NCBI GenBank assembly: GCA_965237415.1
Contig: CBDEFM010000002.1
Coordinates: 64,001 to 128,000, forward strand
DNA from: Alphaproteobacteria bacterium
GTDB taxonomy: Bacteria; Pseudomonadota; Alphaproteobacteria; UBA828
Length of the DNA stretch: 64,000 nt
Direction of reading: 5' to 3'
The notes below the pieces were generated by a model, which was given only the letters and a program-made list of their open reading frames with translations, had not been told where the DNA came from and searched no databases. The position numbers were made by a program, and so were the translations under genes. This document shows, one piece after another, positions 19,039 to 29,339 of this stretch. The number at the start of each line of letters is the position of its first letter. Position 1 is the first letter of the stretch.

Positions 19039-20088
19039 ATGTCTTCACAACCGCCGACCACGCCCGTGCGCGCGGCGCACCGCATCGATCAGGCGGCGCT
19101 GGAGCGTTATCTCGCCAAGCATGTGCCCGAGGCGGCGCCGATCCGCGGCGTCAGCCAGTTCGCAGCGGGGCAGTCGAACCCGACCTATCTGATTGAGGGG
19201 CCTGAGAAACGCTTCGTGCTGCGCAAGAAGCCGCCGGGCACGCTGCTGCCGTCTGCCCACCTGGTCGAGCGGGAATACCGCATCCTCGCGGCGCTGGCCG
19301 AGACCGACGTGCCCGTGCCGCGCGTCCATCACCTCTGCGAGGACACCGACATCGTCGGCACGGCCTTCTACGTGATGGACTATGTGGAGGGATCGGTCGA
19401 TCAGGACCCGGCCTGGCCCGCGTTTGCGGCGGATCGCCGCAGCGCGCTCTACGACTCGATGGCCGATGTGCTGGCGCGGCTGCACCGGGTCGACTGGCGC
19501 GCGCTCGGCCTCGCCGACTTCGGGCGGGAGGGCAACTATATCGCCCGCCAGATCCGCCGCTGGAGCGGCCAGTACGAGGCGTCGCGCACCGACGAGATAC
19601 CCGAAATGGACCGCCTGCTCGCGTGGCTGCCCGACCACATCCCCGACGATGACGAGACCGCCATCGTCCACGGCGACTACCGGCCGGGCAATCTGATCGT
19701 GCACGTGCACGAGCCGCGCGTCGCCGCGGTGCTCGACTGGGAGCTCAGCACCCTGGGCCACCCGCTGAGCGACCTCGCCCACAACTGCCTCGCCTTCTCG
19801 ATCCCCCGCGGCACGTCGGCGCTGCCGGGGCTCGGCGGCGCCGACTTCGAGGCGCTGGGGCTGCCGGGGGAAGAGGCGCACCGGGACGCCTACTGCGAAC
19901 GCGCGGGCCGCGGCGAGATCGCCGACTGGCGCTTCTACATGGCCTTCGCCTTCTTCCGCATGGCGGCGATCTGCCAGGGAGTCTACGCGCGCGGCCTCAA
20001 GGGCAATGCGAGCGCGCCCAATGCGCACGAGTACGGAGACCGCGCCCGTGCCCTCGCCGAGCTGGGATGGGAGAAGGCCGCGGGTTAG
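19039..20088 (+). CDS. Phosphotransferase family protein (APH/ACAD10-N-like)
   Basis: GQSNPTY, VLRKKPPG.LLPSAH, HGDYRPGN, VLDWELSTLGHP. Confidence 0.92.
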   Translation: MSSQPPTTPVRAAHRIDQAALERYLAKHVPEAAPIRGVSQFAAGQSNPTYLIEGPEKRFVLRKKPPGTLLPSAHLVEREYRILAALAETDVPVPRVHHLCEDTDIVGTAFYVMDYVEGSVDQDPAWPAFAADRRSALYDSMADVLARLHRVDWRALGLADFGREGNYIARQIRRWSGQYEASRTDEIPEMDRLLAWLPDHIPDDDETAIVHGDYRPGNLIVHVHEPRVAAVLDWELSTLGHPLSDLAHNCLAFSIPRGTSALPGLGGADFEALGLPGEEAHRDAYCERAGRGEIADWRFYMAFAFFRMAAICQGVYARGLKGNASAPNAHEYGDRARALAELGWEKAAG

Positions 20089-20152
20089 CCTTTTTCGCTC
20101 ACGGCAGCCGGCCACTCTCCGATTCCGCGCGCCTCCGGCGCGACGGCCGCGG

Positions 20153-21133
20153 TCAGACGCCGTAGTGGTCGCGGTACCAGGCGACGAAGCGCGGGATTCC
20201 CTCGGCAATGGCGGTCTTCGGCTCGAAGCCGTGATCGCGTTGCAGCGCCGAGATGTCGGCCCAGGTCTCCGCCACGTCGCCGGGCTGCATCGGCGCGTGC
20301 TCGATCACCGCCTTGCGACCGATCGCCCGCTCGAGCGTGGCGACATAGTCGATCAGGGCCTCGGGCCGGTTGTTGCCGACGTTGTAGATGCGGTGGGGAA
20401 CGGCGCCGTCGCCCGCCGGCGGCGCGTCGAGGACGCTGAGAACCGCTGGCACCACGTCGTCGATGTAGGTGAAGTCGCGCTTCATGCGGCCGTGGTTGAA
20501 GAGCGCGATCGGCCGGCCCTCCAGGATCGCCCGGGTGAAGAGGAAGGCGGCCATGTCGGGGCGCCCCCAGGGGCCATAAACGGTGAAGAAGCGGAGCCCG
20601 GTCGCAGGCACCGCGAAGAGGTGTCCGTAAACGTGGCCGATGAGCTCGCCCGCCTTCTTGGTCGCCGCATACAGGGAAATCGGGGTGTCGACCCGTGCAT
20701 CGACGGCGAACGGCGCCTCGGCAAGGCCGCCATAGACCGAGCTGGAGCTGGCGTAGACGATGTGCTCAAGCTGGGGCAGCGAGCGGCAGAGCTCCAGGAT
20801 CACGACCTGGCCCATCACATTGGCCTGCACATAGGCGTAGGGGTCGACCAGCGAATGGCGGACCCCGGCCTGGGCGGCGAGATGGACGATCCGGGCGATC
20901 GATTCGCGTTCCGGCTCGATCGCCGCAGCCGTGGCCTCGCAATCGGAAATGTCGGCGCGGGCGAAAGCGAAGGACTCGTGCGCCTGCAGCAGGGCGAGCC
21001 GCGCCTCCTTGAGGCGGGCGTCGTAGTAGTGGTTCAGATTGTCGATGCCGAGAACGCGTTCGCCGCGCGCCAGCAGCGCCTTGCAGACGTGGAACCCGAT
21101 GAAGCCGGCGGCCCCGGTCACGAGGATCGTCAT
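20153..21133 (-). CDS. UDP-glucuronate 4-epimerase-like NAD-dependent epimerase
   Basis: GAAGFIG, HLAAQAGVR, YAATK, RFFTVYGPWGRPDMA. Confidence 0.92.
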   Translation of the reverse strand: MTILVTGAAGFIGFHVCKALLARGERVLGIDNLNHYYDARLKEARLALLQAHESFAFARADISDCEATAAAIEPERESIARIVHLAAQAGVRHSLVDPYAYVQANVMGQVVILELCRSLPQLEHIVYASSSSVYGGLAEAPFAVDARVDTPISLYAATKKAGELIGHVYGHLFAVPATGLRFFTVYGPWGRPDMAAFLFTRAILEGRPIALFNHGRMKRDFTYIDDVVPAVLSVLDAPPAGDGAVPHRIYNVGNNRPEALIDYVATLERAIGRKAVIEHAPMQPGDVAETWADISALQRDHGFEPKTAIAEGIPRFVAWYRDHYGV

Positions 21134-21303
21134 CCGCTCGGCAACTCCCGATCGTTGCGCACTGGGCGCGGGGATATCGTTTGACACGGCGCCGGTTGCG
21201 CGCGCATAGCGCTCTCGGCGATCCCGCTTGCGCGCCCATTGTCGGCGGATCGGCGGCGCGGGCAAGCGCGGGTGCCCCTCGCTCACCGTTCGGACACCAC
21301 CCC

Positions 21304-21466
21304 ATGCGCGTTGCGGTCATCGGTCTCGGTTACGTCGGCCTGCCCCTCGCCGCCGCGCTCGGCGACCTTCGCATCCCTGCTGACGCCGGGAGGCCTCGTC
21401 GCCGACATCAAGAACATGTGGCGGGACGTCGAATTGCCCGGCGGGCTCAGGCTTTGGACGCTGTGA
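21304..21466 (+). pseudogene. Nucleotide-sugar dehydrogenase gene with nearly all internal sequence deleted
   Basis: MRVAVIGLGYVGLPLA N-terminus joined out of frame to C-terminal GGLVADIKNMWR...WTL*. Confidence 0.75.
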
Positions 21467-21488
21467 GCGGCCGTCGCGGCGACCCTCG

Positions 21489-22646
21489 ATGATCGAATCG
21501 GAAAACGCTCGCGCCGGTGAAGGGCGGCCGAAATTGCTTTTCGTCGCGGGCGACGACGGCTTCTTCGTCTCCCACCGGATGCCGATCGCGCGGGCGGCGC
21601 GGGACGCCGGCTTCGCCGTCGCCGTTGCCTGCCCGGTTGCGACCCACGGCGATGCGATCCGCGCCGAAGGAATGCGGGTGCTGCCCATCCCCATGAAGCG
21701 GGGACGAATCTCGCCGCTGGCGGACCTGCGCACGCTTGCCGCGCTCGTGTGCATCCATCGGGCCGAGCGGCCGGACATCGTCCATGCGGTCGCGATGAAG
21801 CCGGTGCTCTACGGCGGCGCTGCGGCGCGGCTCGCCGGCGTTCCGGCGGTCGTCGGCGCGTTGACTGGGTTGGGTTACGTGTTCTCGTCCGGCGATTTGC
21901 GGGCGCGGTTGCTGCGCCCGCTCGTGCGCATCGCGCTTCGCTGGGCGCTGAACGGCCGGCGCACCACCTGCCTGACCCAGAACCCGGACGACGCGGCGTT
22001 CGTTGCAGGGCTGGGCATCGACCGGCACCGCATCGCGGTGATTCCGGGCTCCGGCGTCGACACGGCCCGCTTCGCTCCGTCGCCGGAGCCGGACGGGCCT
22101 CTCCGCGCGACCATGGTCTCGCGGCTGTTGTGGGACAAAGGGGTCGGCGAGTTCGTCGAGGCGGCGAGAGTTGCGCGGGCGCGACGCCCCGACCTCCGCT
22201 TCACCCTGATCGGCGCGCCGGACGAGGGCAACCCGGCGGCGGTCCCCCTGGCGCAACTTGAAGAGTGGCGGGACGAAGGCGTCGTCGAGTGGCAGGGCCG
22301 CCGCGACGATATTCCGGCGGTGTGGAAGGAGTCGCACATCGCGGTCCTGCCCTCCTACTACGCGGAGGGTCTTCCCAAGGCGCTGCTCGAAGCCGCGTCG
22401 TGCGGACGGCCGATCGTTGCGGCGGACGTGCCGGGCAGCCGCGAAATTGCGCGCGACGGTGAGAGCGGGCTTCTGGTCCCACCCCGCGATCCAACCGCGC
22501 TGGCAGCGGCGATCCTGCGCCTCGCCGACGATCCCGCTCTGCGCGCCCGCCTCGGTGCAGGCGGGCGTCGCCTCGTCGAGCGCGAATTCTCCGAGGATCG
22601 TATCGCGGACGCGACACTGGAGCTCTGGCGTCGGCTGCTGGATTAG
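21489..22646 (+). CDS. GT4 glycosyltransferase
   Basis: IPGSGVD, SRLLWDKGVGEF, LPSYYAEGLPKALLEA. Confidence 0.92.
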   Translation: MIESENARAGEGRPKLLFVAGDDGFFVSHRMPIARAARDAGFAVAVACPVATHGDAIRAEGMRVLPIPMKRGRISPLADLRTLAALVCIHRAERPDIVHAVAMKPVLYGGAAARLAGVPAVVGALTGLGYVFSSGDLRARLLRPLVRIALRWALNGRRTTCLTQNPDDAAFVAGLGIDRHRIAVIPGSGVDTARFAPSPEPDGPLRATMVSRLLWDKGVGEFVEAARVARARRPDLRFTLIGAPDEGNPAAVPLAQLEEWRDEGVVEWQGRRDDIPAVWKESHIAVLPSYYAEGLPKALLEAASCGRPIVAADVPGSREIARDGESGLLVPPRDPTALAAAILRLADDPALRARLGAGGRRLVEREFSEDRIADATLELWRRLLD

Positions 22647-22652
22647 CCCGGG

Positions 22653-23333
22653 CTAGGCCTGGAAGAGACGCTCGATCGACGCCGGCAACTGGGCGAAATC
22701 GTCGATCACCGCGTCGGCGCCCAAGGCATGCGGGGAGATCGGGCTGTACCCATAAGCCGTCACGATCACGGCAACGCCGGCACTCTGCGCGGATTCAACA
22801 TCGGCGGCGCTGTCGCCGACCATGACCGCACGTCCCGGCTCGGCGCCGAGGGCGGCCAGCGCCTCGCGAATATGGCCGGGATGGGGCTTCATCTTGTCGA
22901 CGGTGTCGCCCGCGAGCACCGCCTCGATGTGATGGTCGATATCGAAGTGGGCGAGCAGGCGGCGCGTCGAGCGATCCCCCCTGTTGGTGCAGACGGCGAG
23001 CGAGACACCGGCGTCGCGCAGGCGCTCGATCGTGGCGACGACCGCCGGGAAAGGCTGGATCTGCTCGGTCTCGATTTCGAAGTAGTAGGCGATGAGCCGC
23101 TCGATCAGGGGCCGAAGGGCCGCGTCGTCGGGCCGCTCCGCCCCCTGCGCGTCGAGCGCCGCGAGAAGCAGGCGCTTGGCGCCCTCGCCGGCACGCTGGC
23201 GGAACGCCTCGAACGCGACCGGCGCGTGGCCCATCTCCGTCAATAGCCGGTTGAGCGCCGCGATGAGATCGGGCGCGGTATCGAAGAGGGTCCCGTCGAA
23301 GTCGACGAGCACCGCGTCCACATGCTCACGCAT
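22653..23333 (-). CDS. gph: Phosphoglycolate phosphatase (HAD)
   Basis: DFDGTLFDTAPD, KPHP, MVGDS; divergent from glmU as is common in Alphaproteobacteria. Confidence 0.85.
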   Translation of the reverse strand: MREHVDAVLVDFDGTLFDTAPDLIAALNRLLTEMGHAPVAFEAFRQRAGEGAKRLLLAALDAQGAERPDDAALRPLIERLIAYYFEIETEQIQPFPAVVATIERLRDAGVSLAVCTNRGDRSTRRLLAHFDIDHHIEAVLAGDTVDKMKPHPGHIREALAALGAEPGRAVMVGDSAADVESAQSAGVAVIVTAYGYSPISPHALGADAVIDDFAQLPASIERLFQA

Positions 23334-23584
23334 CGCGCCGATGGTGCGGGAAGGGGCCAATGTTGACAAGGCGTCGCAGCGCGTGGGGCCGCAACGAGGG
23401 CGGACATGCTATGATGGCATTTCGCGCGGTACCCCATCCATCCGGCGTCGGATATCCCTGAGCGAATGAGTATTTCGGGCGTGAGCCAAGCGGTCTCCCA
23501 TCGCACTCGTCGCCACCGAGCGCACGCACGCGAAGCCGAGAGCGGCGCCCTGCACCCAGTCTGTCACCCACCGCGGAGGCGCGG

Positions 23585-24940
23585 GTGAGCGGGCTCGCCT
23601 GTGTCGTGCTCGCGGCGGGCAAGGGGACGCGCATGCGCTCAGGCCTGCCGAAAGTCCTGCACCCGCTCGCCGGGCGGCCGATGGTGGAGCACGTGCTGGC
23701 CAGTGCCCGCGCGCTTGCGCCCGTGCGCACGGTCATGTTGATCGGGCCGGAGATGGAAACCGCGGCCCGCGGTCTGGAAGGAGCCGGCGAGGCGTTCGCC
23801 TGCGTGGTGCAGGACAAGCCCCTGGGCACCGCCCACGCGGTGGCGGCCGCGCGGCCATTGCTGGAGGATTTCGACGGCGATGTCCTCGTGCTCTATGCGG
23901 ACACGCCGCTGGTCCGAGCCGAAACCTTGGAACGGCTCATCCAGGCGCGGCGCGAGGGCGCCGGAGCGGCCGCCGCGGTCCTGGGTTTTCGACCGGAGGA
24001 TCCGGCGGAGTACGGCCGGCTCATCCTGGCGCCGGACGGGACGCTCGCACGCATCGTCGAGTACGCCGAGGCCAGCGAAGAGGAGCGCGCCGTCACGCTC
24101 TGCAACGCCGGCATGATGGCGATCGACGGGCGCCGGCTCTTCTCTCTGCTGGATGCGATCGGCAACGACAACGAGGGCGGCGAGTACTACCTGACCGACC
24201 TCCCGGCCGTCGTCGGGACGCAAGGCGGCGTCTGTGCCGTTGCCGAAGCGCCGGCGGAAGAGGTCATGGGCATCAACGACCGCGTCCAGCTCGCCGCCGC
24301 CGAACGCGTTATCCAGGACCGGCTGCGCCGGGCCGCTATGGAGGGAGGGGCGACGCTTCTCGATCCCGCCACCGTCTGGCTCAGCCTCGACACGCGCTTG
24401 GGCTCCGACGTGACCATCGGGCCCAACGTGGTAATCGGCCCCGGCGTCACCCTCGAGGACGGCGCCGAGATCCGGCCATTCAGCCATCTGGAAGGAGTCC
24501 GTGTGGGAAGAGGGGCGCTGATCGGCCCGTTCGCGCGGCTCCGGCCGGGCAGCGATATCGGCGAAGAGGCCCGGGTCGGCAACTTCGTCGAGGTGAAGAA
24601 CAGCACGGTCGAGCGGGGCGCCAAGATCAACCACCTGAGCTATGTCGGCGACGCCGGCGTTGGCGCGGGCGCCAACATCGGCGCCGGCACCATCACCTGC
24701 AATTACGACGGCTACGAAAAATCCCGCACCGAGATCGGCGAGGGCGCCTTCATCGGCTCCAACACGGCGCTGGTGGCGCCGGTTACCGTCGGCCCCGGCG
24801 CGGTCGTGGGCGCCGGCAGCGTGATTACCGAGGACGTGGAGGCGGACGCCATCGCGGTCGCCAGAGGCGAGCAGCGCCAGCGCGAAGGCGCCGCGGCGCG
24901 CAGGCGCGCCCGGCGCCGGCCCGGCCCGGCCGAAGACTAG
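23585..24940 (+). CDS. glmU: Bifunctional UDP-GlcNAc pyrophosphorylase/glucosamine-1-P acetyltransferase
   Basis: LAAGKGTRMRS.LPKVLH, EYYLTD, GNFVEVK, NHLSYVGD, TCNYDG. Confidence 0.97.
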   Translation: MSGLACVVLAAGKGTRMRSGLPKVLHPLAGRPMVEHVLASARALAPVRTVMLIGPEMETAARGLEGAGEAFACVVQDKPLGTAHAVAAARPLLEDFDGDVLVLYADTPLVRAETLERLIQARREGAGAAAAVLGFRPEDPAEYGRLILAPDGTLARIVEYAEASEEERAVTLCNAGMMAIDGRRLFSLLDAIGNDNEGGEYYLTDLPAVVGTQGGVCAVAEAPAEEVMGINDRVQLAAAERVIQDRLRRAAMEGGATLLDPATVWLSLDTRLGSDVTIGPNVVIGPGVTLEDGAEIRPFSHLEGVRVGRGALIGPFARLRPGSDIGEEARVGNFVEVKNSTVERGAKINHLSYVGDAGVGAGANIGAGTITCNYDGYEKSRTEIGEGAFIGSNTALVAPVTVGPGAVVGAGSVITEDVEADAIAVARGEQRQREGAAARRRARRRPGPAED

Positions 24941-24969
24941 GCGGCGCGCAAGAGGGGAGTGCCGGCAGC

Positions 24970-26793
24970 GTGTGCGGAATCATCGGTGTCACGGGCCCGG
25001 ATCAGGCGGCGCCGCACATCCTCGACGGGCTGCGGCGCCTCGAATACCGCGGCTACGATTCGGCAGGTCTCGCGACGCTCGCCAACGGCCTGATCGAGCT
25101 TCGCCGCGCCGAGGGCAAGCTCATCGAGCTCGAACGCCTGGTCGCCCGGAGCCCCGTCAGCGGCACCACGGGCATCGGGCACACCCGCTGGGCCACGCAT
25201 GGCGAGCCCAGCGAGACCAACGCCCACCCCCATGCCGCCGGCCGGGTGGCGGTGGTCCACAACGGCATTATCGAGAACTACCGCGAGCTCAGGGCCAGGC
25301 TGGAGGCGGAGGGGCGCGAGCTCGTCTCCGACACCGATACCGAGGTGGTCCCCCACCTGATCGATTCCCACATGGAGCGCGGCCTCGACCCGGAACAGGC
25401 CACGGCCGCGACGCTCGCGCAGCTCGATGGCGCGTTCGCGCTGGCGATCATCTTCGCCGGCCACGCGGGCCTCCTGATCGGCGCCCGGCGCGGCTCCCCG
25501 CTCGCCATCGGCCACGGCGAGGACGCCACCTATCTCGCCTCGGACGCGCTGGCGCTCAGCACCTTCGCCCGCCGGATCAGCTATCTCGACGAGGGCGACT
25601 GGGCGGTGCTGAGCGCCGGCGAGGTCGCCATACGCGATTCAAGCGGGCGGCCTGTTGAGCGTCCGCAGAGCGTTACCGCCCACGATGGCGCCATGATCGG
25701 CAAGGGCAATTTCCGCCACTACATGCTGAAGGAGATCCACGAGCAGCCGAGCGCAGTCGGCGACACCCTCGGCGCCTACTACAATCCGGGGGCCGAGACG
25801 GTCGCGCTCCCGGCGCTCCCCTTCGCGCTGGCGAGGGTGGAGAGGGTGACGATCGTCGCCTGCGGCACCTCCTACTACGCCGGCCTCGCCGCGCGCTATT
25901 GGATCGAGCAGACCGCGCGGGTCCCGGTCGAGATCGACATCGCGTCCGAGTTCCGCTACCGCGCGCCGCCGCTCGCGGAGGGCGGCGTGACGCTCTTCAT
26001 CTCGCAGTCGGGCGAGACCGCGGACACGCTGGCGGCGCTGCGCTTCGCCAAGCAGGCGGGCACGCCGACCGCGGCGGTGGTGAACGTGCGCGAGAGCACC
26101 ATGGCGCGGGAGGCGGACGCGCTGCTCCCCACCTATGCCGGGGTCGAGATCGGGGTGGCATCGACCAAGGCCTTCACCGCCCAGCTCGTCACCCTCGCCT
26201 GCTTCGCGATCGCGCTCGCCCGTGCGCGGGGCGCCATCGATAAGGCGGAGGAAGCCCGCCTCGCCGCGGCGCTGGCCCACGTCCCGGCCCACATGGCGCA
26301 CGTGCTGGGCCACGACGAGCGCATCCTGGACCTCGCCGAGACCCTGCGCCAGGCCCAGACCGTGCTCTACATCGGGCGCGGCACCGGCTATCCCATCGCC
26401 ATGGAGGGGGCGCTCAAGCTCAAGGAGCTCTCCTACATCCATGCCGAGGGCTTCGCCGCCGGCGAGCTCAAGCACGGCCCCATCGCCCTCATCGACCGGG
26501 GCGTGCCGGTGATCGTCGTGGCGCCGCCCGGCCCGCTCTTCGACAAGACGGCGTCGAACCTGCGGGAGGCCGCGGCCCGCGGCGCCCACATCGTCGTCAT
26601 CAGCGACGCCACGGGCTGCGAAGCGATGGCGCCGCTGGCCGCAGACGCCATCGCGCTCCCCTCGCTCGACCCCTTCGTCGCCCCCATCCTCTACGCGATC
26701 CCGGTCCAGCTCATCGCCTACCATGTGGCGGTGCTCAAGGGGACCGACGTGGACCAGCCCCGCAACCTCGCGAAATCGGTCACCGTGGAATGA
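24970..26793 (+). CDS. glmS: Glutamine-fructose-6-phosphate transaminase
   Basis: CGIIG N-terminus (GTG start), LEYRGYDSAG, HTRWATHG, QPRNLAKSVTVE. Confidence 0.98.
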   Translation: MCGIIGVTGPDQAAPHILDGLRRLEYRGYDSAGLATLANGLIELRRAEGKLIELERLVARSPVSGTTGIGHTRWATHGEPSETNAHPHAAGRVAVVHNGIIENYRELRARLEAEGRELVSDTDTEVVPHLIDSHMERGLDPEQATAATLAQLDGAFALAIIFAGHAGLLIGARRGSPLAIGHGEDATYLASDALALSTFARRISYLDEGDWAVLSAGEVAIRDSSGRPVERPQSVTAHDGAMIGKGNFRHYMLKEIHEQPSAVGDTLGAYYNPGAETVALPALPFALARVERVTIVACGTSYYAGLAARYWIEQTARVPVEIDIASEFRYRAPPLAEGGVTLFISQSGETADTLAALRFAKQAGTPTAAVVNVRESTMAREADALLPTYAGVEIGVASTKAFTAQLVTLACFAIALARARGAIDKAEEARLAAALAHVPAHMAHVLGHDERILDLAETLRQAQTVLYIGRGTGYPIAMEGALKLKELSYIHAEGFAAGELKHGPIALIDRGVPVIVVAPPGPLFDKTASNLREAAARGAHIVVISDATGCEAMAPLAADAIALPSLDPFVAPILYAIPVQLIAYHVAVLKGTDVDQPRNLAKSVTVE

Positions 26794-27971
26794 GCGAACG
26801 TCCGGCCCTCATCGACCTCGACGACGACCACCGCGAGCTGCGCGAGCCGGTCCGGTCGCTCTGCGCGCGCTATCCCGGCGAGTACTGGCGGGAGAAAGAC
26901 CGGGCGCGCACCTACCCGGAGGAGTTCGTGCAGGCGCTCACCGATGCGGGCTTCCTCGCCGCGCTGATCCCCGAGCGCTACGGCGGCAGCGGGCTCGGCA
27001 TCGGCGCGGCTGCGGCGATCCTCGAGGAAATCCACGCGTCGGGCTGCAACGGCGGCGCCTGCCACGCCCAGATGTACACCATGGGGACGGTGCTGCGGCA
27101 CGGCTCGGACGCACAGAAGGAGGCCTACCTGCCCGAGATCGCGAGCGGTGCCCGGCGGCTCCAGGCGTTCGGCGTCACCGAGCCCACCGCGGGCTCGGAC
27201 ACGACCCAGCTCCGCACCACCGCCGAGCGCCGCGCGGACGGCGATTACACGGTGAACGGTCAGAAGGTCTGGATCTCGCGGGCCGAGCACTCGGACCTGC
27301 TGCTCCTCCTCGCCCGCACCACGCCGAAGGAAGAGTGCGCCAAGCGCACGGACGGGCTCTCGGTCTTCCTCATCGAGCTGGAGCACGCGATCGGCAACGG
27401 CCTCGAAATCAGGCCGATCCGCACCATGATCAACCACGCGACCACCGAGCTCTTCTTCGACGACCTCGTGATCCCGGGCGCGAGCCTGATCGGCGAGGAG
27501 GGCAGGGGCTTTCGCTACATCCTGGACGGCATGAATGCCGAGCGAATCCTGATCGCAGCCGAGTGCATCGGCGATAGCCGCTGGTTCATCGAGAAGGCCA
27601 GTGCGTATGCCACCGAGCGCCAGGTTTTTGGGCGACCCATCGGCGCCAACCAAGGCGTGCAGTTCCCCATCGCCGAGGCGTACGCGCAGATGGAGGCGGC
27701 GGGGCTGATGGTGAGTAAGGCCGCCGCGCTCTTCGACGCAGGCCGCGCCTGCGGGCCCGAGGCCAACATGGCCAAGCTGCTCGCGTCGGAAGCCTCGTGG
27801 AAGGCCGGCGATACCTGCCTGCAGACCCACGGCGGCTTCGGCTTCGCCGAGGAATACGACGTGGAGCGCAAGTTCCGCGAGACCCGGCTCTACCGCGTGG
27901 CCCCGATCTCGACCAATCTCATCCTCGCCTATCTCGGCCAGCATGTGCTCGGCATGCCGCGCTCCTACTAG
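26790..27971 (+). CDS. Acyl-CoA dehydrogenase
   Basis: FGVTEPTAGSDT, NGQKVWISR, THGGFGFAEEY. Confidence 0.93.
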   Translation: MSERPALIDLDDDHRELREPVRSLCARYPGEYWREKDRARTYPEEFVQALTDAGFLAALIPERYGGSGLGIGAAAAILEEIHASGCNGGACHAQMYTMGTVLRHGSDAQKEAYLPEIASGARRLQAFGVTEPTAGSDTTQLRTTAERRADGDYTVNGQKVWISRAEHSDLLLLLARTTPKEECAKRTDGLSVFLIELEHAIGNGLEIRPIRTMINHATTELFFDDLVIPGASLIGEEGRGFRYILDGMNAERILIAAECIGDSRWFIEKASAYATERQVFGRPIGANQGVQFPIAEAYAQMEAAGLMVSKAAALFDAGRACGPEANMAKLLASEASWKAGDTCLQTHGGFGFAEEYDVERKFRETRLYRVAPISTNLILAYLGQHVLGMPRSY

Positions 27972-28018
27972 GGGCGCGACAGAGACCTTCGCATGCCTTC
28001 GCACGGTGTCCCCATCAC

Positions 28019-28129
28019 GTCATGGCCGGGCTTGTCCCGGCCATCCATGCGGCCGCCCATCCGCGGACACACCTGGGCGAGATGGATACCCGGATACCCG
28101 GAACAAGTCCGGGCAGGTCCGGGCATGAC
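28019..28129. repeat. Alphaproteobacterial REP-like palindromic element, copy 1
   Basis: GTCATGGCCGGGCTTGTCCCGGCCATCC...CCCGGAACAAGTCCGGGCA..TGAC, with short internal duplications. Confidence 0.85.
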
Positions 28130-28151
28130 GGTGTAGAGACGTGAGCGGGTC

Positions 28152-29324
28152 GTGAGCGAGGGAGCCGAAGGGCCGCTCGCAGGCCTCCTGGTGGTCTCGG
28201 TCGAACAGGCCGTCGCCGCGCCCTTCGCCACCAGCCGGCTCGCCGACGCGGGCGCGCGCGTCATCAAGGTCGAGCGGGCGGAGGGCGACTTCGCCCGCTT
28301 CTACGACCATGTGGTGGGCGGCGAGTGCGCGTGGTTCGTCTGGCTCAACCGCGGCAAGGAATCCGTCGTCCTCGACATCAAGAACACAGACGACAACGCC
28401 CTGCTGCACCGCATTATAGAGCGCGCCGATATCTTCGTGCAGAACCTGGCGCCGGGCGCAGCGGCACGGGCGGGCTTCGACTCAAGCGCGCTCCGAGAGC
28501 GCCATTCCCGCCTCATCACCTGCGACATCAGCGGCTATGGCGAGAGCGGCCCTTATGCCGCGATGAAGGCCTACGACTTCCTCATCCAGTGCGAATCGGG
28601 CATCGCGTCCGTGACCGGCACGCCCGAATCGGCGAGCCGCGTCGGGGTCTCGGTCTGCGATATCGGCGCCGGCCTCAACGCCTACGGCGCGATCCTGGAG
28701 GCCCTGCACGCACGCCACCGCAGCGGCCGGGGCAGCGGCATCGGGGTCTCGCTCTTCGACGGCATGGCGGACTGGATGACCGTGCCGCTCCTGCACCTGG
28801 AGCACGGCGGCAAGGCGCCCGCGCGCACGGGCCTCAGCCACGCCATGATCGCGCCCTACGGCGCCTATCCGGTAGGCGACGGCGGCCAGATGGTGATCGC
28901 CATCCAGAACGAGCGCGAGTGGGCCCGCTTCTGCGAGGGAATCCTGGGCGACGCTGCCCTCACGACGGACCCACGCTTCGCCGGTCACCCGGCCCGCCTC
29001 GCGAACCGCCCGGCGATGGACGCGCTGATCGTCGCGGCCTTCAACAAGCACGACATGGAGTCGCTCGCGGCAGCCCTACGCGACGCGGGAATCGCCTTCG
29101 GCCGCCTCAACGAGGTCTCGGGACTCTCGGCACACCCGCAGCTCCGCCGCACAGCCGTGGCGACCCCTGCGGGCACGGTCGAGATCGTCGCACCCCCCGC
29201 CCGCCACGCCGACGACCGCCCCCTCCGCCCCGTCCCGGCGCTGGGGGCGCACAGCGAGGCGATACGGGCGGAGTTTGGTGGCAACGACGAAATTAAGTCG
29301 CCAGATGGTGCGTCTCGAAATTGA
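28152..29324 (+). CDS. CaiB/BaiF class III CoA-transferase
   Basis: EQAVAAPF, LADAGARVIKVER, NRGKES, KAYDFLIQ. Confidence 0.92.
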   Translation: MSEGAEGPLAGLLVVSVEQAVAAPFATSRLADAGARVIKVERAEGDFARFYDHVVGGECAWFVWLNRGKESVVLDIKNTDDNALLHRIIERADIFVQNLAPGAAARAGFDSSALRERHSRLITCDISGYGESGPYAAMKAYDFLIQCESGIASVTGTPESASRVGVSVCDIGAGLNAYGAILEALHARHRSGRGSGIGVSLFDGMADWMTVPLLHLEHGGKAPARTGLSHAMIAPYGAYPVGDGGQMVIAIQNEREWARFCEGILGDAALTTDPRFAGHPARLANRPAMDALIVAAFNKHDMESLAAALRDAGIAFGRLNEVSGLSAHPQLRRTAVATPAGTVEIVAPPARHADDRPLRPVPALGAHSEAIRAEFGGNDEIKSPDGASRN

Positions 29325-29339
29325 CGGAGGATCACGAAG

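Noticed and set aside
26760-26830. Tn7 insertion at the glmS 3' end
   Set aside because: glmS overlaps the next gene directly; there are no Tn7 ends or tns genes.
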